Source: Alphaproteobacteria bacterium (lineage in GTDB: Bacteria; Pseudomonadota; Alphaproteobacteria; UBA828). From it: 64,000 nucleotides of DNA. Below the pieces are notes generated by a model. That model was not told the origin of the DNA and did not search any database. It saw nothing but the letters and a program-made list of their open reading frames with translations. Made by a program: the position numbers and the translations under genes. Below, piece by piece: positions 18,344 through 29,234 of the stretch (its first letter is position 1; every line of letters starts with the position of its first letter). The DNA lies in assembly GCA_963667785.2 (NCBI GenBank), contig CAXXMU010000001.1:608001-672000 (forward strand). Reading direction: 5' to 3'.

Positions 18344-20220
18344 CAGGCGGACTCGCTCGGTCGGACCGCGGGGGCGAGCAAGGGGGCGCGCGCGGACGGG
18401 TCACGGCGTTGGACCTCACGCAGGATGTCGCGCGCGATCGGGGCTGCGACGGAGCCCCCGCTGCCCCCGTGTTCGACGACGACCGCGACGCCGTAGCGGG
18501 GCCGCTCGATCGGCGCATAGGCGACGAAGAGCGCGTGGTCGCGCTCCTTCCACGGGCGGTCCTCGTTCTTGACCACGCCGGAGCGGTGCTCGCTTTCGGA
18601 GATCCGCCGCACCTGCACGCTGCCGGTCTTGCCGGCCATGGCGAGCGTGGGCTCCTCGATACGGGCACGATAGGCTGTCCCCTCGGGGTCGTTCACCACG
18701 TTCAGCATGCCTTCGCGGACGATGTCGAGGTGGGCGGGCGACATCCCCATGGTGGGGAACGCCGGGCGCTCCGGCGCAAGCGGCTGCCCGTCGCGGATGG
18801 TCTCGCCGAGGATGCGGGGCTGAACCGCGATACCACCATTGGCGATGCGCGCGACCATCACCGCGAGTTGGAGCGGCGTGGTCAGCAGATAGCCCTGGCC
18901 GATACCGACCACCAGCGTCTCGCCGCCCTGCCAGGGCTCGCCGATGGCGGCGAGCTTCCAGTCGCTCGTCGGCACGAGGCCCGGCTTCTCCCCCGGCAGC
19001 TCGATGTCGAGCGTCCTGCCGAAGCCGAAGCGCTCCGCCATCGCGGCGATGCGGTCGATGCCGACGCGCTTGGCCACCTCGTAGAAGTAGACGTCGCACG
19101 ACTGCGTCAGGCCCTTCACCATGGCGACGTGGCCATGGCCATGGCGCCGCCAGCAGCGGAACCGCCGGTTCCCGAGCTCGAGATACCCGGGGCAGTAGAA
19201 TCTGTGACCGGGGCTCACCTCGCCGCCTTCGAGCGCGGCCAGCGCCACGATCATCTTGAAGGTGGAGCCCGGCGAATACTGCCCGGTGATCGACTTGTTG
19301 CTGAGCGGGAAACGCGGATGGCTGATCAGCTCCCGCCACTGCTGGTTGCTGATGCCGGCGGTGAACATGTTGGGGTCGTAGCTGGGCAGCGACGCCAGGG
19401 CCAGTATCTCGCCGGAATGGATGTCAAGAACCACGGCCGACCCGCTCTCGTCGCCGAAGCGGGCCGCGACATACTGCTGCAGCCCGAGGTCGACCGTCAG
19501 CATGTGGTCGTCGCCGGGCCGGCCGGCCCTGCGGCCGAGCTCGCGGATGACGCGGCCGTAGGCGTTGACCTCGACCTGGCGGGCGCCGGCCTCGCCGCGC
19601 AGGGAGGTTTCCAGCGTCTTCTCGGCGCCGTTCTTGCCGATGCGGAAATCGGGGAGCGACAGGAGCGGATCGTCCGTCAGCTCGGATTCGGTGACGGCGC
19701 CTACGTAGCCGACGATGTGGACCGTGTCAGGGCCGAAGGCGTAGAGGCGGCGGCGGCCGACGTCGATCATCACCCCAGGCAGATCCGGCGCGTTGACCTC
19801 GATCTGGGAGACCTCCTCCCAGGTCAGGTTCTCGCGAACCATGATGGGGACGAATACCTCCTTGCGCCTGGCCTCGCGCAGCGCCCGCTCGCGGTCGTGG
19901 TCCTCGATCGTCACCAGCGCCGCGATCTTGCTCAACGCGGCGTCGAGGTCCAGCGCCGCCTCCGGCACCACGACCAGCCGGTAGTTCAGCCGGTTCTCCG
20001 CGAGAATCCGGCCGAAGCGGTCGAAGATCCGTCCCCGTGCCGGCGGCAGGAGCTGCATGTTGATCCGATTCTCGTCGGCGAGCACCGTGTAGCGCTCGGA
20101 CTCGACGACCTGGAGCTGATAGAGGCGTCCGGCGAGCCCGGCCGTGAGCAGCGCCTGCGCGCCGCCCACGATGAAGGCGCGGCGCGTGAACAGGTTGGCG
20201 CGGCCCGTCTCGCCCCGCAT
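18343..20220 (-). CDS. mrdA: Penicillin-binding protein 2
   Basis: STFK (SxxK), SCD (SxD) and KTG motifs; between mreD and rodA. Confidence 0.96.
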   Translation of the reverse strand: MRGETGRANLFTRRAFIVGGAQALLTAGLAGRLYQLQVVESERYTVLADENRINMQLLPPARGRIFDRFGRILAENRLNYRLVVVPEAALDLDAALSKIAALVTIEDHDRERALREARRKEVFVPIMVRENLTWEEVSQIEVNAPDLPGVMIDVGRRRLYAFGPDTVHIVGYVGAVTESELTDDPLLSLPDFRIGKNGAEKTLETSLRGEAGARQVEVNAYGRVIRELGRRAGRPGDDHMLTVDLGLQQYVAARFGDESGSAVVLDIHSGEILALASLPSYDPNMFTAGISNQQWRELISHPRFPLSNKSITGQYSPGSTFKMIVALAALEGGEVSPGHRFYCPGYLELGNRRFRCWRRHGHGHVAMVKGLTQSCDVYFYEVAKRVGIDRIAAMAERFGFGRTLDIELPGEKPGLVPTSDWKLAAIGEPWQGGETLVVGIGQGYLLTTPLQLAVMVARIANGGIAVQPRILGETIRDGQPLAPERPAFPTMGMSPAHLDIVREGMLNVVNDPEGTAYRARIEEPTLAMAGKTGSVQVRRISESEHRSGVVKNEDRPWKERDHALFVAYAPIERPRYGVAVVVEHGGSGGSVAAPIARDILREVQRRDPSARAPLLAPAVRPSESA

Positions 20221-20221
20221 C

Positions 20222-20737
20222 TCAGCCGGGCCGTGGCGTGGCCAGCACGCCGAGAGGCCGGAAGAACACCGCGAATACCGGGAAGACGAGCACGGTGATG
20301 ACGATCTGCACGATGATCGGGAGCAACGGGACGAGCGTGCCGAAGCAGGCCGAGGCAATGGCCCAGCCGAGCAGTCCTGCCGCCGGCATCACCATGGCGA
20401 AGCCCCACCAGACCACGAGAAACGGCTTGCCGCGGAAGAAGGTGCGCTGCGAGGCGACGACTCCCTGAACGATGAGGAGCACCAGCGCCGTCATGCCGAG
20501 CGGCGTGCCGGCAAGCAGGTCCTGCAGCACGCCGATGGCGAAGGTCGCCACGTAGGGGAGCCGCTCCGGCCGGTAGATGGTCCAGTAGAAGACGGCCATC
20601 GCGGCGAACGCCGGCGTGACCTCGACGAAGGCGGGCAGCCTCCAGGGCAGCGATCCGGCGAAGACCAGCGCCACCGTCACGGTTACCGGGATCAGGCCGC
20701 GCAGCGAGTGGCCGGCCCGCAGCACCCAGTCGCTCAT
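20222..20737 (-). CDS. mreD: Rod shape-determining protein MreD
   Basis: Hydrophobic protein with YWTIYRP and GVLQDLLAGTPLG; operon position. Confidence 0.9.
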   Translation of the reverse strand: MSDWVLRAGHSLRGLIPVTVTVALVFAGSLPWRLPAFVEVTPAFAAMAVFYWTIYRPERLPYVATFAIGVLQDLLAGTPLGMTALVLLIVQGVVASQRTFFRGKPFLVVWWGFAMVMPAAGLLGWAIASACFGTLVPLLPIIVQIVITVLVFPVFAVFFRPLGVLATPRPG

Positions 20738-21618
20738 CACTGAAGGCTCCCGGTGCGCTCGGCGCGGCGCGTTTCGGGAAAGACGCCCGGCACCACGTAG
20801 TCGAGGATCGTGACGTAGTCGAGCCGCTCCCACACCACGAAGGGATGCACGGTGGCGCGGTCCTTGTCGACCGCAGACACGATCCCGACATCCAGCGCCG
20901 GCGGGAACATGCCGCCTTCTCCCGATGTCACGATCCGGTCGCCGGGCTTCACCTGCGCGCCTGTCGCGAGGAAGGCGAGATAGGGATGCGGGCTGTTGTC
21001 GCCGCGCAGGATGGTGCGGTCGCGGCTCTCCTCAAGGACCACCGGGATACGCGAGTTCAGGTCCGTGAGCAGGAGGATCCGCGCCGTGTGCTCGCCGGCC
21101 TCCAGCACGCGGCCCACCAGCCCGTCGTGGTTGACCACCGCCTGGCCCCGGCGGACGCCGTGGGACTGGCCGGCGTTGACCATCACCATGTGGATGAACG
21201 GCCCACCCGAATCGGCGATGACCCGGGCGGTGACGAATTGCGTCCGCTGGTCCGGCACCACCTTGAGCAGCCGGCGGAACATCTCGTTCTCGTAGCCGAG
21301 CTGCTCGGCCACCGCCTGCCACTTGCGGAGCGTGGCGTTGTCGCTCTCGAGGCGCTCGTTGCGCTCGTGCACGACCAGCATGCCGCCAAGCTCGTCCACG
21401 CCGTCGGCGATCGTCGTGGCCGGGCGCGAGAAGAAACTGAAGACCGGAGCCACGGCATCGGCCACGCCGACCCGCAGCGTCTCAACCAGACGAGGCTCCG
21501 CCTGGCTGATGATCATGAGCGTGATCGCGGCACACGCCAGGATCGCGTAAGCGAAGCGTTGGGCGAATGCCCTCCCCGGCACGGCCAGAACGAGATGGCG
21601 ACCGCGGCCAACCCTCAC
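20737..21618 (-). CDS. mreC: Rod shape-determining protein MreC
   Basis: TM plus coiled coil; GLVGRV, LLTDLNSRIPV and VTSGEGG motifs; GGAGG RBS. Confidence 0.93.
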   Translation of the reverse strand: MRVGRGRHLVLAVPGRAFAQRFAYAILACAAITLMIISQAEPRLVETLRVGVADAVAPVFSFFSRPATTIADGVDELGGMLVVHERNERLESDNATLRKWQAVAEQLGYENEMFRRLLKVVPDQRTQFVTARVIADSGGPFIHMVMVNAGQSHGVRRGQAVVNHDGLVGRVLEAGEHTARILLLTDLNSRIPVVLEESRDRTILRGDNSPHPYLAFLATGAQVKPGDRIVTSGEGGMFPPALDVGIVSAVDKDRATVHPFVVWERLDYVTILDYVVPGVFPETRRAERTGSLQ

Positions 21619-21674
21619 TCAGACCTCCATGCGACACGCAGCCTCCCCGACTCGGAGGCCGCGAAGCTGGGTGT

Positions 21675-22730
<1,056 letters not shown>

Positions 22731-22780
22731 TCAGACGGCGACGGAGCGTAGGGGCGTCGGCCGGCGCCCGCCGTCGTCGT

Positions 22781-24331
22781 TCATGCCGACAATGCCTCCG
22801 GAGCCGACTTCTCGCGCTTGACCAGAAGCTTGTTGAGCGCGTGCACGTAGGCCAGCACCGAGGCCACGATGGTGTCGATGTGCGCGCTCTGCCCGTTCAC
22901 CGTGCGCCCGTCCTCCTCCAGCCTCACGCTCACCTCGGCCTGGGCGTCGGTGCCCTCCGTCACTGCGTGGACCTGATAGAGCTGGAGCCTGGCCTCGTGC
23001 GGGTAGATCGCCTTGATTGCGTTGAACGCCGCATCGACGGGGCCGTTGCCGGTGGCGCGCGCCTCCGCCTCCTCGCCGTCGATGGCGAGCGTCAGCGAGG
23101 CTTCCTGCGGCCCCGACGAGCCGCAGGAGACGGCAAGCGAGCCGAAGCGGATACGGTCGTTCGCGCCGGCGACCTCGGTGTCGACGAGCGCGATGATGTC
23201 CTCGTCGAAGAGTTCCTTCTTCTTGTCGGCGAGATCCTTGAAGCGCACGAACGCTTCCTGAAGCGCGTTGTCGCCGAGCTCGGTGTAGCCCAGGCTGCGC
23301 AGCTTCTCGCGGAAGGCGTGCCTGCCCGAATGCTTGCCCATGACGAGCGTCGACTGCACCAGGCCGACCGATTCGGGCGTCATGATCTCGTAGGTCTGCG
23401 CGTCCTTCAGCACGCCGTCCTGGTGGATTCCCGCCTCGTGGGCGAAGGCGTTGGCGCCCACGATCGCCTTGTTCGGCTGCACCACGAAGCCGGTGACCGC
23501 CGAGACCAGGCGCGAAGCGTGCATGATGCTCTCGGTCCTGATGCCGGTCTCGTAGTCGAGCAGGTCGTTGCGCGTGCGCAGCGCCATGACGATCTCTTCC
23601 ATCGCGGCGTTGCCGGCACGCTCGCCGAGCCCGTTGATGGTGCATTCCACCTGGCGCGCGCCCGCCTGCACGGCGCCGAGCGAGTTGGCGACCGCGAGGC
23701 CGAGATCGTTGTGGCAATGCACGCTGAGCACCGCCTTGTCGATGTTGGGCACCCGGTCCAGCAGCATGGCGATAAGCGCCGCGAACTCGTCCGGAACCGC
23801 GTAGCCGACGGTATCGGGGATGTTGATGGTGCCGGCGCCGGCCTTGATCGCGGATTCGACGCAGCGGCAGAGGAAGTCGTGCTCGGTGCGCGAGCCGTCC
23901 TCGCAGGACCACTCGACATCGTCGGTGAACTTGCGCGCGTAAGACACGCTGTCGATCACCGCCGCATGCACGGCGTCCGGCTCCATCTGCAGCTTGACGC
24001 GCATGTGGAGCGGGCTGGTGGAGATGAAGGTGTGGATGCGCCCGGAACGCGCCGGCGCCAGCGCCTCAGCCGCCCGATCGATATCGCGCCGGCCGGCGCG
24101 GGCAAGACCGCAGACGGTGCTCTCCTTCACCACCTTGGCGACCTCGCGAACCGCCTCGAAATCGCCGTTCGACGCGATGGGGAAGCCGGCCTCGATCACG
24201 TCGACCCGCATCTCCTCGAGCACCTCGGCGATCCGGAGCTTCTCCTCGAGATTCATCGACGCGCCCGGCGACTGCTCGCCATCGCGCATCGTCGTATCGA
24301 ATATTCGGACTCGGTTCCCTGTGTCGGTCAT
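22781..24331 (-). CDS. leuA: 2-isopropylmalate synthase
   Basis: FDTTMRDGEQ, HCHNDLG, GERAGN and HQDG motifs; regulatory domain with GNGPVDA. Confidence 0.96.
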   Translation of the reverse strand: MTDTGNRVRIFDTTMRDGEQSPGASMNLEEKLRIAEVLEEMRVDVIEAGFPIASNGDFEAVREVAKVVKESTVCGLARAGRRDIDRAAEALAPARSGRIHTFISTSPLHMRVKLQMEPDAVHAAVIDSVSYARKFTDDVEWSCEDGSRTEHDFLCRCVESAIKAGAGTINIPDTVGYAVPDEFAALIAMLLDRVPNIDKAVLSVHCHNDLGLAVANSLGAVQAGARQVECTINGLGERAGNAAMEEIVMALRTRNDLLDYETGIRTESIMHASRLVSAVTGFVVQPNKAIVGANAFAHEAGIHQDGVLKDAQTYEIMTPESVGLVQSTLVMGKHSGRHAFREKLRSLGYTELGDNALQEAFVRFKDLADKKKELFDEDIIALVDTEVAGANDRIRFGSLAVSCGSSGPQEASLTLAIDGEEAEARATGNGPVDAAFNAIKAIYPHEARLQLYQVHAVTEGTDAQAEVSVRLEEDGRTVNGQSAHIDTIVASVLAYVHALNKLLVKREKSAPEALSA

Positions 24332-24375
24332 GGCGGGCACCCCTTCACCCCGGCGGCTACGATGGTCATCGCGCT

Positions 24376-24516
24376 CCCCTGGACGGTGGTCGATCGCGCG
24401 CGACGCACCGCTCAGGGGCAGCTAAGTCGCCGCCCGCCTGGGGTGAGACCTGCCGCGGCCGCCGCTTCGCACACCTCGGGCGTGCCCTCCGGCTCGTTCT
24501 CCCACGATGCCATCAT
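24376..24516 (-). promoter_or_regulatory. Alphaproteobacterial leuA leader element (short ORF ending LSCP-stop overlapping a conserved hairpin)
   Basis: Minus strand reads CTTAGCTGCCCCTGAGCGGTG...CACCGTCCAGGGG; hairpin 24376-24418; leader ORF with ATG at 24516/24513 and stop at 24412. Confidence 0.6.
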
Positions 24517-24673
24517 CGGACCATGCCCCAGACCCTGCCTGCACGAATTCGGCAACCCACCGGCGCGGCGCAACGCAGAATCGCCGCGGCCACGCACCTT
24601 TTACGCCCAACTCATTGGGCTAGGCAATAATATTGTCGCTGCCCGCCTGCGCCCATCCGGCCGCGGCGGGGCC

Positions 24674-25693
24674 TCAGTTCTTGCTGCGGTCCACCAGCCG
24701 GGCCTCGGCGATCCACGGCATCATCGCCCTGAGCCGCTCGCCCACCTCCTCGATCGGGTGCTCGGCCGCGCGCGCGCGCATCGCCTTGAAGGAAGACTGG
24801 CCGGCCGCATTCTCGGTCATCCATTCGGTGGTGAAGCGGCCGTTCTGGATGTCGGCGAGGATCTGCTTCATCCGCGCCCGCGTGTCTTCGTCGACCACCC
24901 GGGGGCCGCGCGTGTAGTCGCCGTACTCGGCGGTGTTGGAGATCGAGTAGCGCATGTTGGCGATGCCGCCCTCGTACATCAGGTCGACGATCAGCTTGAC
25001 CTCGTGCAGGCACTCGAAATAGGCCATCTCGGGCGCGTAGCCGGCGTCCACCAGGGTCTCCCAGGCGGCGGTGATGAGCGAGGTGAGGCCGCCGCAGAGC
25101 ACCACCTGCTCGCCGAAGAGGTCGGTCTCCACCTCCTCTCGGAAGCTGGTCTCGATGATGCCGGCGCGGCCGCCGCCGATTCCGGCCGCATAGGAGAGGC
25201 CGATCTCCTTGGCATTGCCGGATGCATCCCGCGCCAGCGCCAGCAGGCAGGGGACGCCGCCGCCGCGCTGGTATTCCGAGCGGACCGTATGCCCCGGCCC
25301 CTTGGGCGCCACCATGAAGACGTCGAGATCGGGCCGGGGCTCGATCAGGCGGAAGTGGATGTTGAGCCCATGGGCGAAAGCCAGCGCCGCGCCCTCCTTC
25401 ATGGCGCCGTGCAGCACGTCGGCATAGAGCTGGCGCTGCAGCTCGTCCGGGGTGAGGATCATCACCACGTCGCCGAACCGGGCGGCCTCCTCGATGTCCA
25501 TGACCGTGAGCCCGGCGGCCTCGACCTTGGCCGCGCTCGTCGACCCCGGCCTGAGCCCGACGGCGACGTCGGCGACCCCGCTCTCCTTCAGGTTGTTCGC
25601 GTGCGCGAAGCCCTGGCTGCCGTAGCCGATGATCGACACCTTCTTCGACTTGATGAGGTTCAGGTCGGCATCGCGATCGTAGTAGACCCGCAT
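24674..25693 (-). CDS. ilvC: Ketol-acid reductoisomerase
   Basis: [20 protein letters not shown] and SNTAEYG motifs. Confidence 0.97.
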   Translation of the reverse strand: MRVYYDRDADLNLIKSKKVSIIGYGSQGFAHANNLKESGVADVAVGLRPGSTSAAKVEAAGLTVMDIEEAARFGDVVMILTPDELQRQLYADVLHGAMKEGAALAFAHGLNIHFRLIEPRPDLDVFMVAPKGPGHTVRSEYQRGGGVPCLLALARDASGNAKEIGLSYAAGIGGGRAGIIETSFREEVETDLFGEQVVLCGGLTSLITAAWETLVDAGYAPEMAYFECLHEVKLIVDLMYEGGIANMRYSISNTAEYGDYTRGPRVVDEDTRARMKQILADIQNGRFTTEWMTENAAGQSSFKAMRARAAEHPIEEVGERLRAMMPWIAEARLVDRSKN

Positions 25694-25749
25694 CGTGCTC
25701 TCTCCCGATAGGCTGATTGGGTGTTGTCTGCGGCCGGCCGCCGCGTCGG

Positions 25750-26256
25750 TCAGATCGACCCCTTGCCGCGCGAGATCGCGACCACGCCGGTGCGCGATAT
25801 CTCGGTCAGGCCGAGCGGGGTCATCAGCCGGATGAAGGCGTCGATCTTGTCGCCGTTGCCGGTCATCTCGAACACGAACGAATCGATCTCGCTGTCCACC
25901 ACATGGGCGCGGAAGATGTCCGCGATCCTGAGCGATTCGACCCGCTTCTCGCCGGTGGCGACGACCTTGATCAGGGCGAGCTCGCGCTCGATGTAGGGGC
26001 CCTCGGTGCCGAGGTCGGAGACCTTGTGGATCGGCACCAGGCGATCGAGCTGCGCCTTGATCTGCTCGATGACCATGGGCGAGCCCGAGGTCACGAGGTT
26101 GATGCGCGAGAGGCGCTGGTCGCGCTCGACCTCGGCGACGGTCAGGCTCTCGATGTTGTAGCCGCGGCCTGAGAAGAGGCCGATGACCCGCGCCAGCACG
26201 CCGGGCTCGTTCTCGACCAGCACAGACAGCGTGCGGCGCTCGGCAGTCTCGTCCAC
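25750..26256 (-). CDS. ilvN: Acetolactate synthase small (regulatory) subunit
   Basis: [27 protein letters not shown] domain; ERELAL. Confidence 0.95.
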   Translation of the reverse strand: MDETAERRTLSVLVENEPGVLARVIGLFSGRGYNIESLTVAEVERDQRLSRINLVTSGSPMVIEQIKAQLDRLVPIHKVSDLGTEGPYIERELALIKVVATGEKRVESLRIADIFRAHVVDSEIDSFVFEMTGNGDKIDAFIRLMTPLGLTEISRTGVVAISRGKGSI

Positions 26257-26362
26257 GGCCGTTCCTCCCGGCCGCCTAGCGGCGGACGGCGCGGCGCGGC
26301 CGGCATACTGGCGTGCCGGACGGCGGCTTGGCGATTGGCGTCATCGGTCGGTGTCCGGGATC

Positions 26363-28156
26363 CTAGACGAGCACCATCCCGTCTTCGGAGCGCTCCTCGA
26401 GCTCGCCGTGCTCGGGCCCAAGCTTCATCTCGTAGTGTGCGGCACCCGCCGGGATCATCGGATAGACGTTCTCTTCCTTGTCCACGAGGATGTCGGCGAT
26501 CACCGGCCCCGGCGTCTCGATCATGGCCCGGATCACGTCGTCCACCTCCTCGGGCCGGCTGGCCCGGAGTCCGGTTGCGCCGAACGATTCCGCGAGCTTC
26601 ACGAAGTCCGGCAGCGAATCCATGTAGCTCTCGGCATAGCGGCCGCCGTGGAAGAACTCCTGCCACTGGCGCACCATGCCCATGTACTCGTTGTTGAGCA
26701 GGAAGGTCTTCACCGGCAGCCGGTACTGCACCATGGTGGAGAGCTCCTGAATGACCATGAGGAGCGAGGCCTCGCCGGCGATGTCGATGACGAGCGAATC
26801 GGGATGGGCCACCTGCACGCCCATCGCCGCAGGAAAGCCGTAGCCCATGGTGCCCAGCCCCCCGGAGGTCATCCAGCGGTTGGGCTCCTCGAACTTCAGG
26901 AACTGGGCCGCCCACATCTGGTGCTGGCCCACCTCGGTGGTGAAGTAGGCGTCCCGCCCCTTGGTCGCTTCGTAGAGCCGCTGGAGCGCGTATTGCGGCT
27001 TGATGGAGCTGTTGGAGCCCTTGTAGCGCAGGCAGTCGCGCCCGCGCCACGCATCGAGCTGCCGCCACCACGCCGCCAGCGCCTCGGCGTTGGCCGCCGC
27101 GCCGCCCGCTTCCCACTCGGCCGCGATGGCGTCGACCGCGAGCCCCGCGTCGCCGAGGATGGCGACGTCCACCGGCACGTTCTTGTTGATGGACGAGGGG
27201 TCGATGTCGATCTGTACCTTGGTCGAGCCGCGCGAGAAATCGGCGAGCCGGCCGGTGACGCGATCGTCGAAGCGGGCGCCGACCGCGATCATCAGGTCGC
27301 ACTCGGCCATCGCCATGTTGGCTTCGTAGGTGCCGTGCATCCCCAGCATGCCGAGGAAGAGCGGGTCGGAGCCCGGATAGCAGCCGAGCCCCATCAGCGT
27401 GTTGGTGATGGGAAAGCCGGTGCGGCGCACCAGCGCCGCGAGGCTCTGCGCGGCACCGGGGCCGGCATTGATGACGCCGCCGCCGGCATAGAAGAGCGGG
27501 CGCTTGGCGGCGGCCATCAGCTCGACCGTGCGCTTGACCGCATCTGCATCAGGCTCCCGCTGCGGCCGGTAGGAGCGATGGTCCAGGCCGTTGCCCGGCG
27601 CCCTGGCCTCCTCATAGGGCGCCTTGGCCATCACCACGTCCTTCGGCAGGTCGACGACGACGGGGCCGGGCCGGCCGGCGCTGGCGATATGGAAGGCCTC
27701 GCGGATCGTCGAGCAGAGCCGGTCGACCTCCTTGACCAGGTAGTTGTGCTTGGTGCAGGGGCGCGTGATCCCCACCGTGTCGGCTTCCTGGAAGGCGTCG
27801 TTGCCGATCATGTGGGTCGGCACCTGGCCGGTGAGGCAGACGACCGGGATGCTATCCATGAGCGCATCGGTGAGCCCGGTGACGCTGTTGGTGGCGCCGG
27901 GGCCGGAGGTGACCAGCACCGTGCCGACCTTGCCGGTCGAGCGCGCATAGCCCTCGGCCGCGTGGACCGCGCCCTGCTCGTGCCGCACCAGGATGTGGCG
28001 CAGCTCGTTCTGCTTGAAGATGGCGTCGTAGATCGGCAGCACCGCGCCGCCGGGGTAGCCGAACACCACGTCGACGCCGAGGTCGACCAGGGTGCGGACG
28101 ACCAGCTCGGCCCCGGTCAGCTCGGCCGAGGCGTGATCCGCGGCTTCCGATGTCAC
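26363..28156 (-). CDS. ilvB: Acetolactate synthase large subunit
   Basis: FGYPGGAVL, RHEQGA, TSGPGATN, RFDDRVTG, GMVRQWQ; GTG start with AGGAAGGAG RBS. Confidence 0.95.
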   Translation of the reverse strand: MTSEAADHASAELTGAELVVRTLVDLGVDVVFGYPGGAVLPIYDAIFKQNELRHILVRHEQGAVHAAEGYARSTGKVGTVLVTSGPGATNSVTGLTDALMDSIPVVCLTGQVPTHMIGNDAFQEADTVGITRPCTKHNYLVKEVDRLCSTIREAFHIASAGRPGPVVVDLPKDVVMAKAPYEEARAPGNGLDHRSYRPQREPDADAVKRTVELMAAAKRPLFYAGGGVINAGPGAAQSLAALVRRTGFPITNTLMGLGCYPGSDPLFLGMLGMHGTYEANMAMAECDLMIAVGARFDDRVTGRLADFSRGSTKVQIDIDPSSINKNVPVDVAILGDAGLAVDAIAAEWEAGGAAANAEALAAWWRQLDAWRGRDCLRYKGSNSSIKPQYALQRLYEATKGRDAYFTTEVGQHQMWAAQFLKFEEPNRWMTSGGLGTMGYGFPAAMGVQVAHPDSLVIDIAGEASLLMVIQELSTMVQYRLPVKTFLLNNEYMGMVRQWQEFFHGGRYAESYMDSLPDFVKLAESFGATGLRASRPEEVDDVIRAMIETPGPVIADILVDKEENVYPMIPAGAAHYEMKLGPEHGELEERSEDGMVLV

Positions 28157-28258
28157 GACGGTCTCCTTCCTGCGCGCATGCGCAACCGTCCCTCTGTCTG
28201 GCGGGAGGGTCGGCCGGCCCCCGAACGTGCGCACGAGCGCGCCCGTGTCGGTGGGCGG

Positions 28259-28287
28259 ACAGTAGACGCTCACCCGGTGCCGGTCAA
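28259..28287 (-). promoter_or_regulatory. Putative sigma70 promoter for ilvBNC
   Basis: Minus strand TTGACC-N17-TACTGT overlapping the end of miaA. Confidence 0.55.
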
Positions 28288-29226
28288 TAGCAGCCGCTCG
28301 ACGAGGGCAAGGGATTCCCGTTTCGATTCCGCATGGTAACGGTCCGGCATCCGGGCCTGACCGGGCATCTGGGTGCGGAACCAGGTGGTCTGGCGCTTGG
28401 CATAGCGGCGCGTCGCCTGGCGGCCGAGCACGACCGCACGCTCCAGCGGACTCTTGCCCGCGAGATGATCGAGCAGGGCGCGAAGGCCGACCGCCTTCAT
28501 CACCGGCAGGCCGGGATCGAGACCGCGCGCGAGCAGCCGCGCCGCCTCGTCGAGCGCGCCCGCCGCCATCATGGCGTCGAAGCGCGCGTTGCAGGCGTCG
28601 TAGAGCGCCTCGCGCGGCGGCTCGAGGACGAGCACGGCCGCGCGGCCCGCATAGCGCTCGTGCCGCTCCTCCTGCCAAGAGAGCAGCGAACGGCCGGTCG
28701 CCTCGATCACCTCGTAGGCCCGCATGATCCGCTGGCTGTCGCCGGGCTCGAGCCGCCGCGCCGCCTCGGGATCGCGCACGGCGAGGCGCGCGTGCAGGGC
28801 GGCGCTGCCGTCCTGCGCAAGCAGCGCGCGGGCAGCCGCGCGCACGCTCTCGGGTATGGCCGGCACCGGCGCGAGGCCTTCGAGCAGCGCCCTGAGGTAG
28901 AACCCCGTGCCCCCCACCAGGATCGGCAGCGCGCCGTCTGCGCGGATTTGCTCGATTTCCGCCATCGCCAGGGCGCGCCAGCGTCCCGCCGAGCAGCGCT
29001 CCGTGCCGTCGAGCACGCCGTAGAGCCGGTGCGGCGCGCGCGCGCGGAGGTCTTCGTCTGGCCACGATGTCAGGATCGGCAGGTCCCGATAGAGCTGCAT
29101 GCTGTCGGCGTTGACCACCACGCCGCCGACGCGCCGGGCGGCATCGGCCGCGAGCGCCGACTTGCCGCTCGCCGTCGGGCCGCCGATCACCAGTATCGAG
29201 GGCCGGTCCCGGGCTTCGGCGTGCAT
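28270..29226 (-). CDS. miaA: tRNA dimethylallyltransferase
   Basis: GPTASGKS, NADSMQLY, VGGTGFY and TRRYAKRQ motifs. Confidence 0.95.
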   Translation of the reverse strand: MHAEARDRPSILVIGGPTASGKSALAADAARRVGGVVVNADSMQLYRDLPILTSWPDEDLRARAPHRLYGVLDGTERCSAGRWRALAMAEIEQIRADGALPILVGGTGFYLRALLEGLAPVPAIPESVRAAARALLAQDGSAALHARLAVRDPEAARRLEPGDSQRIMRAYEVIEATGRSLLSWQEERHERYAGRAAVLVLEPPREALYDACNARFDAMMAAGALDEAARLLARGLDPGLPVMKAVGLRALLDHLAGKSPLERAVVLGRQATRRYAKRQTTWFRTQMPGQARMPDRYHAESKRESLALVERLLLTGTG

Positions 29227-29234
29227 GCGCGGCG

